DNA of 64,000 bases from Verrucomicrobiota bacterium (GTDB lineage Bacteria; Verrucomicrobiota; Verrucomicrobiia; Opitutales; Coraliomargaritaceae): NCBI GenBank assembly GCA_039815375.1, contig JBCBZJ010000003.1, positions 1-64,000 of the forward strand. The letters are read 5' to 3'. Below, in pieces: positions 43,565 through 55,344 of the stretch. The notes beneath the pieces are model-generated. The model searched no databases. It was not told the DNA's origin and worked only from the letters and a program-made list of their open reading frames with translations. The position numbers and the translations under genes are program-made. The number at the start of each line of letters is the position of its first letter. Positions within the stretch are counted from its first letter, which is position 1.

Positions 43565-44164
43565 TCAGTCCTGGATGGGCTTGATCTTTCCTTTGCTCAG
43601 GCGGGCGACTACATCAGGCAGTAGGCAATGCTCCGCAAAGTGCACTTTCTTCTCGAGCATCTCCAGTGTATCCGAATCTTCGATACGCACGTCTTTTTGA
43701 TCGACAATGGGGCCTGCGTCCAGTGCCGGGGTAACCCAGTGGACGGTGCAACCGGTAATCTTTACCCCGAAGTCGAAGGCATCTCTGATCCCGTTAGCTC
43801 CTTTGAAACTAGGAAGTAGGCTCGGGTGCAGGTTAATGACATGGCCATCGAAGGCTTCGATGAACTTCCCACTCAGGATACGCATGAATCCGGCCAGGAC
43901 GATGAGTTTGGGGGAGAAGCCTTGGATGCGCTCGATGAATGCTGCTTCGGCTTGATCACTCAAACGAGCACCCTTTTGCCCGGCGTCCATGTAGATGGCA
44001 GGCACTTTGAACTTTTGTCCAAGTGTTAGGATGCGGGCATCTTCAACATCGCTGATAACCGCCGCAATCTTGGCCGCTCCAAGCTTCTTGCCTGCTTCCG
44101 CTTTGAGCAGTGCTTCGGCGTTAGAGCCTCGACCTGAGCCGAGAATGACAATCGGGTAGGCCAT
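43565..44164 (-). CDS. purN: Phosphoribosylglycinamide formyltransferase
   Basis: [24 protein letters not shown] and GCTVH motifs. Confidence 0.97.
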   Translation of the reverse strand: MAYPIVILGSGRGSNAEALLKAEAGKKLGAAKIAAVISDVEDARILTLGQKFKVPAIYMDAGQKGARLSDQAEAAFIERIQGFSPKLIVLAGFMRILSGKFIEAFDGHVINLHPSLLPSFKGANGIRDAFDFGVKITGCTVHWVTPALDAGPIVDQKDVRIEDSDTLEMLEKKVHFAEHCLLPDVVARLSKGKIKPIQD

Positions 44165-45318
44165 TATTTGAAGAATTTCCTGGCCTTCTCGACGAAGGAT
44201 TGGCTCACCGGGTTTGCGGGATCTCCGCAGGCTTCGGCATAATCCTCGAGCTTTGCTTTCTGTTCGCTGTTTAGTTTCGTCGGCACTTCGACTTGCACGC
44301 GAATGAGAAGATCGCCCTTGCGGCCACCACGAAGCGCGGGAATGCCTTGGTCACGCAGTCGGAAAGTCGTGCCGGTTTGTGTCCCGGAAGGAATCTTGAG
44401 TGAGCCCTTGCCAAAAAGGGTGGGCACGTCAATGGAACCGCCAAGTGCAGCAAGGGTGAATTTGATAGGCACTTCGCAGAAAAGATCATTATCGTGACGT
44501 TCGAAGAGCTCGTGCTCCTTGACGTGAATAATGATGTAAAGGTCACCAGCCTGGCCGCCCATTTGCCCGGCTTCGCCCTTACCTGCAGAACGCAGCTTCG
44601 AACCGGTCGCAACTCCGGGCGGGATACGCACCTTCACGGTGCTGCTATCCATCACGCGGCCTTCGCCACGGCAATCCGAGCAGGGGTTTTCAATCGTCTG
44701 CCCACTGCCCTGACATTCCGGACAAACCTGACGGAAACTAATAAACCCTCGGTTTGAGGTAACTTGCCCGGTGCCTCCACAGGTGGGGCAGGTGATTTTC
44801 CTTGAACCGGGCTCTGCACCGCTCCCATTACATTTGCGGCAGGTAACCGGACGTCGGTAGCGTATCTCCTTCTCGGTGCCTTTAGCGGCTTCTTCAAGGG
44901 AAATTTCCAGATCATAGCGGAGATCGGAGCCATGCATGGCACCACCACTGGAGCGGCCACCCCCGCCACCGCCGAAGAACTCTTCGAAGATACCTCCTCC
45001 CCCGCCGCCGCCGCCGAAGGCTTCCCGGAAGATATCGAAGGGGTCGTGCCCTTGAAAGCCGCCACCCCCGCCACCGGCGCGGCCCATGCCACCTTGGGTA
45101 AAGGCTGCGTGTCCATAGCGATCGTATGCAGCACGTTTCTCCTCGTCCTTTAACACATCGTAAGCTTCTGAGATCTCCTTGAATTTTGCTTCGGCTGCAG
45201 CATCGCCCGGATTTTTGTCCGGGTGGTATTTGACCGCGAGCTTGCGGTAGGCCTTCTTCAAATCGTCGGCTGAGGCATCTCGTGAGACGCCAAGTAATTC
45301 GTAGTAATCGGATTCCAT
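44164..45318 (-). CDS. dnaJ: Chaperone DnaJ
   Basis: J-domain HPD, G/F-rich region and four CxxCxGxG motifs. Confidence 0.99.
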   Translation of the reverse strand: MESDYYELLGVSRDASADDLKKAYRKLAVKYHPDKNPGDAAAEAKFKEISEAYDVLKDEEKRAAYDRYGHAAFTQGGMGRAGGGGGGFQGHDPFDIFREAFGGGGGGGGIFEEFFGGGGGGRSSGGAMHGSDLRYDLEISLEEAAKGTEKEIRYRRPVTCRKCNGSGAEPGSRKITCPTCGGTGQVTSNRGFISFRQVCPECQGSGQTIENPCSDCRGEGRVMDSSTVKVRIPPGVATGSKLRSAGKGEAGQMGGQAGDLYIIIHVKEHELFERHDNDLFCEVPIKFTLAALGGSIDVPTLFGKGSLKIPSGTQTGTTFRLRDQGIPALRGGRKGDLLIRVQVEVPTKLNSEQKAKLEDYAEACGDPANPVSQSFVEKARKFFK

Positions 45319-45321
45319 GGG

Positions 45322-45912
45322 TTATTCGGCTTCTTCCTTGGCCTGGCCGCTTGAAACGACGACGCTAGCAGCGCGGATAAGACGTTCGTTGAGGCGGTAG
45401 CCAGCGCGAACGGTCTGGATGATGTGATCTTCCTCCACATCGCTCGAAGGTTGGTGGGAGATGCACTCGTGCAAATTCGGATCAAAGGCTTTGCCGTCTG
45501 GAATGAGCTCTTCAAGGCCTTGTTCGGAGAGAGATTTCTTGAGTTGATCATCGACCATTTTGAAGCCGATTGTGACATGCTTGGCCTCGGGATGGTTCTC
45601 AGCTGCCTGCAGGCCCAGCTTCATGTTGTCGAGCACCGGCAGTAGCGATTCGATTACACTGCCTGCCGCGCTGCGGATGATGTCCTGCTTGTCGCGGGCC
45701 ATGCGCTTGCGGAAGTTCTCCATGTCGGCAACTGTGCGGAGGTAGCGGGCCTTCATTTCAGTGGCTTCGGCTTGTGCCTTTTCGAGCTCTGTCAGCTTGG
45801 GTTCTGCCGATCCCTCTGCCGCCTCAGGCGCATTTTCAACTTCGACCTCCGCTGCGGACTCCGCAGCGTTTTCGTTTAATTCTTCGGTTTCTGGTGTTTC
45901 TTCGTCTTTCAT
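45322..45912 (-). CDS. grpE: Nucleotide exchange factor GrpE
   Basis: [23 protein letters not shown] and [10 protein letters not shown] motifs. Confidence 0.97.
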   Translation of the reverse strand: MKDEETPETEELNENAAESAAEVEVENAPEAAEGSAEPKLTELEKAQAEATEMKARYLRTVADMENFRKRMARDKQDIIRSAAGSVIESLLPVLDNMKLGLQAAENHPEAKHVTIGFKMVDDQLKKSLSEQGLEELIPDGKAFDPNLHECISHQPSSDVEEDHIIQTVRAGYRLNERLIRAASVVVSSGQAKEEAE

Positions 45913-46023
45913 CGCTTACTGGCGCCAGCAGTTGCCATTGCCTCTTTCAAAGTGAGCGCGGTAGTGTGGGCATAAATGCGCAGAGTTCAAGGACGCACTG
46001 GAGGCTGAATCGGCAGGCCCGGG

Positions 46024-46785
46024 CTACTTCGTGAGGACTTCCGGCCGTTGATACCAGAAACCACAGAGTTTCCGCCAGCGGACGGCAATCGGGAAGACCA
46101 TCATGAAGAGGACCCAGCCCAGAACCTGCGGGCCGGAATACCACTTCAATTTACGGGCTGAAGTCTTTGCAGGAGCGGTATGAATGATTTCAAACCTGAG
46201 ATTCCGGCAGCGACCCCATTTTTTCAGAAGGCGAGACATACGGAGTTCTTCACTGGCGTAGAGCCGTTCATCAAATCCACCCGCTCCCTCGAATGCATCC
46301 CGGCGACAGAACAGGTAGCTGCCTGCCGCGGTCTTTGTAAGCTTCGAGATTTGTTCCCAGAGGCCGATCGTGGCACGACCAATCAAGTTTGTCGCTTCCT
46401 CAAAGCGCACAACAGAGCCACCGCCTACATATTGGCCACTTTCCAGGATTTCTAAAGACTGTCGTAATAGAGAGGTATTGATGCGCGTGTCTGCATCGAC
46501 AAAAATCAAATACTGCCCCTTGCTTGCTGCCGCACCTTTATTTCGGGCACGCGCAATTTGGTTGATCGGTTCGAAAACGACCTTGTTTACACTATGTGCG
46601 GAAGCAACTTGGGAGGTATGATCCGACGAGTTGTTGTCGACGACGATAATCTCTCCCGGCATAACCTGATCGCTCATCGCCTCGCGCATGGCGCATAGGG
46701 TCGCAGGCAGCTCAAGTGCTTCATTGTAGGCCGGGATGATGATCGAGTATCTCGGCTCCAGCTGACTTTGAGGCTCAATCATCAT
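46024..46785 (-). CDS. Glycosyltransferase family 2
   Basis: IIIPAYNE, VVDNNSSD, FVDAD and GGFDE motifs. Confidence 0.9.
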   Translation of the reverse strand: MMIEPQSQLEPRYSIIIPAYNEALELPATLCAMREAMSDQVMPGEIIVVDNNSSDHTSQVASAHSVNKVVFEPINQIARARNKGAAASKGQYLIFVDADTRINTSLLRQSLEILESGQYVGGGSVVRFEEATNLIGRATIGLWEQISKLTKTAAGSYLFCRRDAFEGAGGFDERLYASEELRMSRLLKKWGRCRNLRFEIIHTAPAKTSARKLKWYSGPQVLGWVLFMMVFPIAVRWRKLCGFWYQRPEVLTK

Positions 46786-47326
46786 CGGCAGCTTTTTCAA
46801 CGACCGGGATGTGAACCTCGAAGCGCTTCATAAATCCGGGCACATCGGGCCCGTTCCAAAAAATTGCGCGTGCGGCTCCATCAGCTTTGTGGGTTGGATG
46901 ATCGGCCAGCCAGTTCTCAAGGCTTTCCATCGCACGATTGAAATTTTGCTCCGAGTAGCTGCCTCGTGATCCAAGGCTTGCGACGAGGCGTTCGGGCAGT
47001 TCGAGGACCTCGACCTCTGCATTCGAGCTTAGGTCCCGATCTGCAGCATCGCGGCCAATGTAGAAATACATTTTTCCGGGCCTCATTTCCGCTTCGACGG
47101 GTGTTGTCATGGCGATATCGTTTTGGCTGATGTATCGAAAGAGTGGGCGGAATAGGCTGTTATTACCACCGAAGTAGTAGCCATCGCTTTGCGATACGAT
47201 CAACTTGCTGGCCGGAATGGTTTTCAGTTCGTGGGTATTTACGGCGGTTTGCGGAAAGACTTTTTCGGCGGCCGACATAACGAATGGAGTAGAGAAAATG
47301 ACAATGATGAGGATTATTGAACGCAT
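46775..47326 (-). CDS. SOUL heme-binding family protein
   Basis: FRPLFRYI and IAMTTPVE motifs; signal peptide. Confidence 0.85.
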   Translation of the reverse strand: MRSIILIIVIFSTPFVMSAAEKVFPQTAVNTHELKTIPASKLIVSQSDGYYFGGNNSLFRPLFRYISQNDIAMTTPVEAEMRPGKMYFYIGRDAADRDLSSNAEVEVLELPERLVASLGSRGSYSEQNFNRAMESLENWLADHPTHKADGAARAIFWNGPDVPGFMKRFEVHIPVVEKAADDD

Positions 47327-47412
47327 AGCCTTCAAATAATCCCCTGTAATAGGAGGTTCCTTACAATCGTTCGAGGGTTGGAATAATGTCTATCGGTGTG
47401 CATCCTGTTTAA

Positions 47413-49524
47413 ATGCGATATCGCACTTTACCTTTTGTCCTGCTAATTCTTCTTTCTGCTGTCGGTCGTGCCGAGCCCGTGCAAGCGGTTCACACAACCA
47501 TTGAACTCCTGGCTGAACAGGATGCAATTGTTCCGGGTGAGACTTTTCACTTGGCAGTTAGATTTGAACAGGAACCGAACTGGCATATTTACTGGGTGAA
47601 TCCTGGAGCAAGCGGATTGCCTCCTGAAATTACCTGGAAACTACCTGCCGGATTCGAAGTCGGTGCGATTCAATGGCCGATCCCCCAGCTTATCTCACTC
47701 GAAGGTCTTGTGAGCTATGGGTACAAGGATGTCGTGAGTTTTATTGTGCCGGTTAAGGCGCCTGCTGAGCTCAAGCCTGGAACTGTAGTTGATATTCGTG
47801 CGGAGATTTTTTACCTGATTTGCAATGAGCTCTGCCTGCCGGGCGATGCGGTTGTGGATCTGGCGCTGCCAGTTGGCAAGAGCTCTGGCCCCAGTGAGGC
47901 AACTGCTGTCTTCAAAGCTGGCCGTGCAAGTCAGCCCTCGTCTGAGATGCCTTTTGAGGTCATTGCTTCAAGGCTTGAAGAACAGACCTTGTTCGTCGAA
48001 ATCACGGGCCAGTCGCTTCCTGAGAGTTTGTACTTCTTTGCTGAAGCTGAGGGCATGATCGACCCTAATCCCGCGCAGATCTATACTGTCGAAGGGGAAG
48101 TCGCGCAGCTAGCCCTACCGATGGACTTTCTCTTTTTCGAGGGTGATAGGGTCGAGTTAGAAGGGGTGCTTGCGGGTCCTGAGACAAGCTGGCGAGTCAG
48201 TATTCCGCCACTGGGGACAACGCCTGATGTGCCGGCGGCGGATGCAAAGGCTGTCCAAACATCCGGCGGACTTGAGCAGCGCCTCCTGGACCTTGGCTTG
48301 TTCGGCTGGTTGATTCTCGCATTCTCCGGTGGCGTAATCCTAAACGTTATGCCCTGCGTCCTGCCGGTGCTTTCGCTAAAGGTCTTCTCCCTGCTCAACC
48401 ATGGCGGTCAGAGTCGTGCGCAGGCAATGGCGCATGGTATCGCCTACACTTTGGGCGTGGTCTTCAGTTTCCTCATACTGGCTGGCGTGCTTTTTGCCTT
48501 ACGAGCCTTGGGTGACAGTATCGGCTGGGGTTTCCAGTTGCAAAACCCAGGTTTCGTTCTCGTGCTCGCGGTGGTTTTTTTCCTGTTCGGCCTGAATCTG
48601 ATGGGAGTCTTTGAAATCGGTTCCAGCCTGGTCGGAGCCGATGCGAAAGTTGCCGGTCGGAAAGACCTTTTTGGATCCTTTGGAGTGGGCGTTCTGGCTG
48701 CGGTTGTCGGGGCACCTTGCGTGGGCCCTTTCGTTGGCGGCGTCAGTGGGGTGGCGCTTCAGGCCAATACGTTTACCGGCCTGCTGATCTTTACGATGCT
48801 CGGTTTCGGTATGGCTTCACCATTTCTGGTTCTTGCCGCATTTCCAAAACTGGTGGCGTATTTGCCAAAACCCGGCCTATGGATGGAGACCTTCAAACAA
48901 TCGATGGGCTTTTTGCTGATGGCAGCCTTGGTTTTTCTGGCCTATTTGCTTGGTCAGTTGGCGGGGCCTGCTGCGATTGTAGCGCTTCTTGCCCTGTTAC
49001 TTGTTGCTGCGCTGGCGGCTTGGATCTATGGGCGGTGGGCTGCCCCGGTGAAATCACCCCGAACTCGTGGCGTGGCGCGACTTGTTACTCTGGCTCTGCT
49101 TGTCACGGGAATTTTCTGGGGACTCGGCTCTGTCCGGGTGGCCTACAACAATTACGGCGGCGGCCCGAAACTCGTAGCAGAGGGTGATCCATGGGCTCCG
49201 TGGAGCAACGAAGCAGTCGAGAAGTCGTTGGCCGAAGGAAAGCCCGTCTTCGTCGATTTTACCGCAAGCTGGTGCCTGATTTGTCAGGTCAATAAAAAGT
49301 CGGCACTGCATACCGAAGCAACGCAGGAGCTTTTCGAAGAAAATGGGGTCGTCAGCCTGTCCGCAGATTGGACACGTTATGACCCCGCGATTACGGAGGA
49401 GCTGGAGAAGTTCGAACGTTCCGGTGTGCCACTTTACTTACTCTACAGCCCAAGTGGCCAAGTTTCAGTCTTACCGCAAAATTTGACGAATGGAATCGTC
49501 CGCGAAGCCGTCAAGGCTCTCTGA
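47413..49524 (+). CDS. dsbD: Protein-disulfide reductase, DsbD family
   Basis: WHIYW.NPG, LNVMPCVLPV, APCVGP and thioredoxin-like DFTASWCLIC motifs. Confidence 0.92.
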   Translation: MRYRTLPFVLLILLSAVGRAEPVQAVHTTIELLAEQDAIVPGETFHLAVRFEQEPNWHIYWVNPGASGLPPEITWKLPAGFEVGAIQWPIPQLISLEGLVSYGYKDVVSFIVPVKAPAELKPGTVVDIRAEIFYLICNELCLPGDAVVDLALPVGKSSGPSEATAVFKAGRASQPSSEMPFEVIASRLEEQTLFVEITGQSLPESLYFFAEAEGMIDPNPAQIYTVEGEVAQLALPMDFLFFEGDRVELEGVLAGPETSWRVSIPPLGTTPDVPAADAKAVQTSGGLEQRLLDLGLFGWLILAFSGGVILNVMPCVLPVLSLKVFSLLNHGGQSRAQAMAHGIAYTLGVVFSFLILAGVLFALRALGDSIGWGFQLQNPGFVLVLAVVFFLFGLNLMGVFEIGSSLVGADAKVAGRKDLFGSFGVGVLAAVVGAPCVGPFVGGVSGVALQANTFTGLLIFTMLGFGMASPFLVLAAFPKLVAYLPKPGLWMETFKQSMGFLLMAALVFLAYLLGQLAGPAAIVALLALLLVAALAAWIYGRWAAPVKSPRTRGVARLVTLALLVTGIFWGLGSVRVAYNNYGGGPKLVAEGDPWAPWSNEAVEKSLAEGKPVFVDFTASWCLICQVNKKSALHTEATQELFEENGVVSLSADWTRYDPAITEELEKFERSGVPLYLLYSPSGQVSVLPQNLTNGIVREAVKAL

Positions 49525-49578
49525 GCTCTACTGCCGAATTAGATTTGCCAAGGCTTCCCGTCAGCGTGAGAACAGGGA

Positions 49579-50607
49579 ATGTTTTACGACGAAGTAAACG
49601 TCAAATTCAAGGCGGGCAATGGTGGCGACGGCTGTTTCAGCTTTCGCCGACTCAAGTATGAGCCCAAAGGCGGTCCCGACGGTGGTGACGGCGGCCGCGG
49701 GGGCAACGTCTACGTCGTGGGTGATACCAATGTCGCAGATCTAACAGATTACCACTTTAAACCCGGTTGGAAAGCGAAGAACGGCGAGCCCGGTCGTGGG
49801 AGTGACCAACACGGCGCGAAAGGTCCGCATTTAACCTTAAAGTTACCCGTTGGCACGATCATAGTTGATCGTGAGACAGGAGATCCGGTTGCGGAAGTGC
49901 TCGAACATGGCGAGGAAGTGCTACTTTTGGAAGGGGGCGAGGGCGGCAAAGGTAATGCGCAGTTCAAATCGTCGACCAATCAAGCTCCCCGCCAATTTAC
50001 CTTGGGCAAGGCCGGCGACGAGGGTGAGTTTCGCCTCATCATCAAGACTATCGCGGACGTCGGCCTGATCGGCTTTCCCAATGCAGGCAAGTCGACCTTG
50101 CTCAACATGTTGACCAACGCCCACCCGAAAACAGGCGCTTACCCATTCACGACAATGTTTCCAACCGTTGGTGTCTTGGAGTATCCTGATCAATTCGAGC
50201 GCATTACCTTGGCGGATATTCCGGGATTGATCGAAGGAGCGAGTGAGAACAAAGGTCTCGGCCACCGTTTTCTCAAGCACGTCGAACGCTGCAAGGTGCT
50301 CCTCATTATGCTCGATATGCAGGGCACGGATGGGCGTGAGCCGCTCGGAGACTACCGGGTCCTGCTCAAGGAACTCAAGCTCTACATGCCGGGCCTTGCC
50401 CGCAAGCCGGTGCTGGTTAGCGCCAATAAGATGGATGAGCCTGATGCTCCGGATAACCTAACGGCCTTTTGTAAGAAAGTTAAAGATACCGTTTATCCTA
50501 TTTCCTGCGTATCGGATGATGGCTTTAGAGAATTGAAACAAGCGCTTCTTCAAGCAGTCCTTGAAGTTCGTAAATCTGAAGAAGCTGAAGCAGCAGATGA
50601 TGATTGA
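49579..50607 (+). CDS. obgE: GTPase ObgE/CgtA
   Basis: [30 protein letters not shown] and NKMD motifs. Confidence 0.98.
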   Translation: MFYDEVNVKFKAGNGGDGCFSFRRLKYEPKGGPDGGDGGRGGNVYVVGDTNVADLTDYHFKPGWKAKNGEPGRGSDQHGAKGPHLTLKLPVGTIIVDRETGDPVAEVLEHGEEVLLLEGGEGGKGNAQFKSSTNQAPRQFTLGKAGDEGEFRLIIKTIADVGLIGFPNAGKSTLLNMLTNAHPKTGAYPFTTMFPTVGVLEYPDQFERITLADIPGLIEGASENKGLGHRFLKHVERCKVLLIMLDMQGTDGREPLGDYRVLLKELKLYMPGLARKPVLVSANKMDEPDAPDNLTAFCKKVKDTVYPISCVSDDGFRELKQALLQAVLEVRKSEEAEAADDD

Positions 50608-52228
50608 CCTTGGCGAGGCTGCGTTTCAAGAGCGACCAGATCTATCGAGTCATCTGGCCTTGGAGAGTTTTATTGCTCTAGCTCGGCAACCTGGGCGTGA
50701 GCTCGTCGTCGATTGCACGATGCAGCGCCGTGCGATGAAGAGCGGGTTGCTCCTGGCGCTTTCCTGGGCGCTGTCACGGCGCCTGCAAGCATGGACCTCG
50801 AAGCAGCGTGTCGGTATCGTTTTTCCGCCGGGCCTTGGTGGCTACATCGCCAATCTCGCCGTTTCGCTCGCAGGCAAAGTGCCGGTAAACTTGAATTTCA
50901 CCCTTGGCCCTTCAAGTATCGATTCCTGTATCCGCCGCGCCGATATCGATTGCATCCTGACGACCGCGCGGGTGCAGCAGAAAATGCCGACTTTCCCATG
51001 GCCGGAGGAGGGTATTGTGGATCTGGTCGAAGAGTTAAAGGCTTTGCCGAAATCCAAGACGTTGGGATTGCTGGCTATGATTTATATGCTGCCGGCGAGA
51101 TGGTTGGCGAAGAGATTAAAGGTTCCATCTCAAGGTGACCGTTCGGAAGCAGGTCTGCTTTTTACCAGTGGTAGTTCAGGCGAGCCGAAGGGCGTGGCAT
51201 TGACGCATCGGAACATCCTCGGGAATTGTGCACAGATAGATATGGCGGGGTTATTGCCCGATAGCGAACGAGTGGTGGCGAACCTTCCTATTTTCCACAG
51301 CTTCGGATTTACTGTCACGCTATGGTATCCGCTGCTCCGTGGATGTCCGGTAGTGACGCTTCCTTCTCCACTTGAGGTGAAGAAGATTGCTGATGCGATT
51401 GAGGCGGAGAAGGCCACTATTCTGATTGGCACCCCAACTTTCTTTAAGCCGTATCTGAAGCGGGTCGAGCCGGAGCAACTCGCATCGCTCAAGTATATTA
51501 TTGCCGGTGCGGAAAAGACGCCCGATGGATTTGCCGATGCTTGGGAAGCGCGTTTTGGGAGCACCTATTTTGAAGGCTATGGTCTGACCGAAACGTCACC
51601 AGTAGTGAGCGTCAACCTTCCGGCACGACCAGCCGGCGTTGACTTTCCGGGCAGCTCAGAGGACGGCAATCGGCGCGGTTCTGTCGGACGGCTTCTACCT
51701 GGCCAAGCCGCGCGTATCCTGAATCCGGATACAAGAGAAGATCTCTCGCCCGAATCAACGGGTCTCTTCGTTTTAAAAGGCCCGAATGTCTTCGAGGGCT
51801 ACTTGGAAGATGTGGAACGCACGACAGAAGTGAAGGATGGCGACTGGTTTACGACTGGGGACCTTGCCCGCTTTGATCAGGATGGCTTTCTCTACATCGA
51901 AGGCCGTTTATCGAGGTTCTCGAAAATAGGCGGCGAAATGGTCCCGCATGGCACGGTGGAGCAGGCTCTGGTCGAAGCATATGACTTGCTGGACTCGGAA
52001 GTGCCTATGCTGGCGATTGGCGCGAGACCGGATGAGGCTAAGGGCGAGGTCCTCGTTTTGCTCACAGCTCTGGACATTGAAATGGAGGATATCCGCGCTA
52101 AGCTGGTGGCAGCAGGCTATCCAAATCTTTGGGTGCCGAAAGCAGTGATACGGGTGGAGGCGATCCCGACCCTCGCTACCGGTAAACTGGATTTACGTGG
52201 GATTCAAAAGCTTGTTTCGACGGACTGA
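50600..52228 (+). CDS. AMP-binding acyl-ACP synthetase (Aas C-terminal-like)
   Basis: [22 protein letters not shown] and [14 protein letters not shown] motifs. Confidence 0.9.
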   Translation: MIDLGEAAFQERPDLSSHLALESFIALARQPGRELVVDCTMQRRAMKSGLLLALSWALSRRLQAWTSKQRVGIVFPPGLGGYIANLAVSLAGKVPVNLNFTLGPSSIDSCIRRADIDCILTTARVQQKMPTFPWPEEGIVDLVEELKALPKSKTLGLLAMIYMLPARWLAKRLKVPSQGDRSEAGLLFTSGSSGEPKGVALTHRNILGNCAQIDMAGLLPDSERVVANLPIFHSFGFTVTLWYPLLRGCPVVTLPSPLEVKKIADAIEAEKATILIGTPTFFKPYLKRVEPEQLASLKYIIAGAEKTPDGFADAWEARFGSTYFEGYGLTETSPVVSVNLPARPAGVDFPGSSEDGNRRGSVGRLLPGQAARILNPDTREDLSPESTGLFVLKGPNVFEGYLEDVERTTEVKDGDWFTTGDLARFDQDGFLYIEGRLSRFSKIGGEMVPHGTVEQALVEAYDLLDSEVPMLAIGARPDEAKGEVLVLLTALDIEMEDIRAKLVAAGYPNLWVPKAVIRVEAIPTLATGKLDLRGIQKLVSTD

Positions 52229-54528
52229 TCGGCACAGGCCCTGCGAAGCCTTGTCTGGAGATGCGTGCGGCGCACTTGTTGATCGTTATTTTTGATCGCC
52301 ATTGCATAGGCATCGAGCGAACCAACAAGATAGACCTTTGACTTTGCCCGGGTGATGCCCGTGTAAACAAGGTTTCGCTGGAGCAGAAGAAAGTGCTGTT
52401 TGAGAAGCGGTATAACGACAATGGGGTATTCGCTACCCTGGCTCTTATGGATTGAAATGGTGTAAGCGAGTTGGACGTCAGAGAGCTCACCTTTGGTGTA
52501 TTCTGCCCGGTTCTCGCCAAAGTCCACCGTGAGGCCGGACTTGTCAGGAGCGATAGCGCGGACAATACCAGTGTCTCCATTGAAGACATTCTTGTCATAG
52601 TTGTTGCGGGTCTGGATGACTTTATCGCCGATGCGAAAAGTGATGGTTCCGTATTCGACTTCGGCGGGCAGAGGCTTTCGGGTCTTCTCACGGAAGTGAG
52701 TTTGTCGTGCTGCGGTATAGTCGGGATCGGAACGTAGGCGTGATTCAGCCTTTTCCTTGGGGTTTAGGGCCTCTTGCAGCTCTGTATTCAAAATCGTGAT
52801 ACCGCCCGTTCCGCGATGCATTGGCGACATGACTTGCAGGTCTCTGATCGGGTCGATGCCGTGAGCTTTTGGAATGTAGTCACGCACAAGATATTTGATC
52901 GCGAGGAGGCACTGGTCGGCTTCTTCCGCCTCGATGAAGGTGAAATCCTTTTCCGGGTCGAGATCTCGCAGGCTGCGAAAAGTCATTCCCGGATGTGTTT
53001 CACCGTGAAGAATGGCATGGGCTGTGGTGACGATGCCGCTTTCCTTACCTTGTCGGTAAATGGTGTCGAGGCGGGTGACTTTGGCAGGCGGGGCGGTCAT
53101 GAGGTCGCCAAGAACGTTGCCGGCTCCGACGGAAGGAAGTTGATCCGCATCGCCGACGAGGAGGAGGTGGGCTCCGCTCGGGATGGCGTCAAATAGGTGG
53201 GCAGCAAGCTTTGTGTCCAGCATGCTGGCTTCATCGAGGATCAGAAAGTCGCAGGGCAGGGGCTCGTCGGCATTGTGGACAAAGCTTCGCGACGCAGCAT
53301 CGAACTTCAACAGGCGGTGGATGGTGCTTGCCGTTGCGCCGGAGGCTTCGGCGAGTCGTTGCGCGGCACGCCCTGTTGGAGATGCCAAGGCGATGCGCGC
53401 TCGTTTGGCACGAAGTATGTCGACAATCGCTCTTAGAATAGTGGTCTTCCCTGTGCCAGGGCCACCTGTGATGACGGAGGCTTTCGAGCCTAGGGTATTC
53501 TTGAGCGCAGTCCGTTGCTGCGCAGCAAGCTCGAAGCCCGCACGCTGTTCGGCCCAGTCGACGGCAGCGTCGATTTTAATGTCCGGGAGAACGGAAGCAG
53601 TTTGTTCAATGCGCGCGAGTGAGTTTGCAATGCGTTTCTCCGCGCCAGCAGTTGCGGGTAGTTGGTAGCCATCGCCCAGGTTCTGACCTGTGCTATCGAT
53701 TGCGTTGATTTTGAACAGTTTTTCGGAACGGTTCAAAGATGTGATGTATTGTTTTATCAGTCCTGGCTCCAGGGAAAGTAGACGCGTTGCTTGCTCGAGG
53801 ATCATTTCTGCAGTGCCAAGGGTATGCCCATCGTCTTCGAGCTGCTTCATGGTATGGAGAATCCCCGCTTCGATACGTTCCTTCGAGTTCGTGGGGAAGC
53901 CGAGATTTAGGGCGATCTTATCGGCGGTCTTGAATCCGATTCGGTCAATATCGTCGGCTAAGCGATAGGGCTCGTCCTGAAGGATACGCTTTGCGCTGTT
54001 ACCATATTTCTTTACGAGGCGAACGCACTGGGCGGGAGTGATGCCGTAAGTTTGCAGGAACATCATTACATCCCGCACGGCGCTTTGCTCATCCCAGGCT
54101 GCCTTGATCGACTTAGCTCGGTGCCTGCCGATGCCGGGCACTTCATGAAGGCGCCCGGATTCCTCGCTGATGATGCGAAGGGTTTCTGCTCCAAAATGCT
54201 CGACGATTTTCTTAGCGTAGGATTTCCCGATACCGTGGATCAGTCCGCTGCCGAGATATTTCCGAATGCCATGGACGGATGCAGGTAACTTCGACTGAAA
54301 ATGTGCGAATTTAAACTGTTCGCCGTGTTGGGCATGGCGCGTCCATTCACCGTCGAGTTTGAGCGTTTCACCACATTGCACGCCCGGCAGTGGACCAAGA
54401 ATGGTAGTAGGTGCCTTCCCTTCGACCGTCTGCAGCTCGGCAATACAGTAAGCGTTTTCTTCGTTGAAATAGATGATTCTTTCGAGAACCCCGGTGATGC
54501 TTTGGTCCGTTTTTGTAGGGGCCGACAT
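52204..54528 (-). CDS. recD2: RecD2-like SF1B helicase
   Basis: GIGK Hh[24 protein letters not shown] and HKSQGSEY motifs. Confidence 0.95.
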   Translation of the reverse strand: MSAPTKTDQSITGVLERIIYFNEENAYCIAELQTVEGKAPTTILGPLPGVQCGETLKLDGEWTRHAQHGEQFKFAHFQSKLPASVHGIRKYLGSGLIHGIGKSYAKKIVEHFGAETLRIISEESGRLHEVPGIGRHRAKSIKAAWDEQSAVRDVMMFLQTYGITPAQCVRLVKKYGNSAKRILQDEPYRLADDIDRIGFKTADKIALNLGFPTNSKERIEAGILHTMKQLEDDGHTLGTAEMILEQATRLLSLEPGLIKQYITSLNRSEKLFKINAIDSTGQNLGDGYQLPATAGAEKRIANSLARIEQTASVLPDIKIDAAVDWAEQRAGFELAAQQRTALKNTLGSKASVITGGPGTGKTTILRAIVDILRAKRARIALASPTGRAAQRLAEASGATASTIHRLLKFDAASRSFVHNADEPLPCDFLILDEASMLDTKLAAHLFDAIPSGAHLLLVGDADQLPSVGAGNVLGDLMTAPPAKVTRLDTIYRQGKESGIVTTAHAILHGETHPGMTFRSLRDLDPEKDFTFIEAEEADQCLLAIKYLVRDYIPKAHGIDPIRDLQVMSPMHRGTGGITILNTELQEALNPKEKAESRLRSDPDYTAARQTHFREKTRKPLPAEVEYGTITFRIGDKVIQTRNNYDKNVFNGDTGIVRAIAPDKSGLTVDFGENRAEYTKGELSDVQLAYTISIHKSQGSEYPIVVIPLLKQHFLLLQRNLVYTGITRAKSKVYLVGSLDAYAMAIKNNDQQVRRTHLQTRLRRACADQSVETSF

Positions 54529-54598
54529 GTTTTGGAATAGTGGATTTAGCTGATTTGTGCAACTGGATAGGAATCCAGTTGGACGAGGATTGACGAGC

Positions 54599-55213
54599 CT
54601 ATTTCGGGAGTGCGGCTGGTAGACCGATTGCTCCAAAATGACCGATCTTGCCCGTGCTTGTGATCTCCATGCGAACCATGAGGTAACTGGTCTCTGATTC
54701 CACAAAACTAACTGAGGGAATTACGCCTCCCTCAAACTCGATTTTCTTGGTGAGACTTTTCCAGGACGCACTGTTGACCTGCTCGAGTGTGTCCGAGGCA
54801 AGAAGCTGAAAGCTGCCTGCTGCGCTTTGATTATTCAGGTAGAAACGTGAAAGTCTGGCGGCACTTCCCAGATCAACGATATAGTTGTGCTGTCCGGTCT
54901 CGATGGTGTGAGTGAGCGCAGAGTTGTTGCTCAGCAAGATGGACTCGTCGAATTTCCCTACGTCTGGAATCTCGATGCGGCGGAACTGTCCATCTTCGAC
55001 CAGCAAGAGGTTCGCTCCCAAGTGCCATCGGGCTAGGTTGGTAGAGGGTTTGGGCAAAATTTGCACAAAATGATTTGCGGCTTGATGAGTTTGTGCAGGA
55101 AGACAAAAAATTGCGCCAAGGACCAAACCGGAAAGGCTCGGAAGACTTGTTAGTTTGCAACCGACTCGTCTTCTATGAGGCACCTTGCGATTGTCTTTTC
55201 GGAAGTCTCTCAT
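54599..55213 (-). CDS. Hypothetical exported protein (discoidin-like beta-sandwich?)
   Basis: Hydrophobic segment, then NLARWHLGA and YIVDLG; true start uncertain. Confidence 0.55.
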   Translation of the reverse strand: MRDFRKDNRKVPHRRRVGCKLTSLPSLSGLVLGAIFCLPAQTHQAANHFVQILPKPSTNLARWHLGANLLLVEDGQFRRIEIPDVGKFDESILLSNNSALTHTIETGQHNYIVDLGSAARLSRFYLNNQSAAGSFQLLASDTLEQVNSASWKSLTKKIEFEGGVIPSVSFVESETSYLMVRMEITSTGKIGHFGAIGLPAALPK

Positions 55214-55344
55214 CGATAATCATAGTCGACAGTATCTCAGCCATAGTGCTATAGCAAACAACTAAACGAAATCTGCGATGTTTCAGAACTACTATCATTG
55301 CCTTCGCGCCAGATTGACTGCCAAGCCAGTCTCTCGATTGTGTT

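Noticed and set aside
44940..45090. GCC/CCG-rich low-complexity repeats
   Set aside because: They encode the ordinary Gly-rich linker of DnaJ
43565..45912. grpE-dnaJ without dnaK
   Set aside because: Split chaperone operons are common, and dnaK is presumably elsewhere
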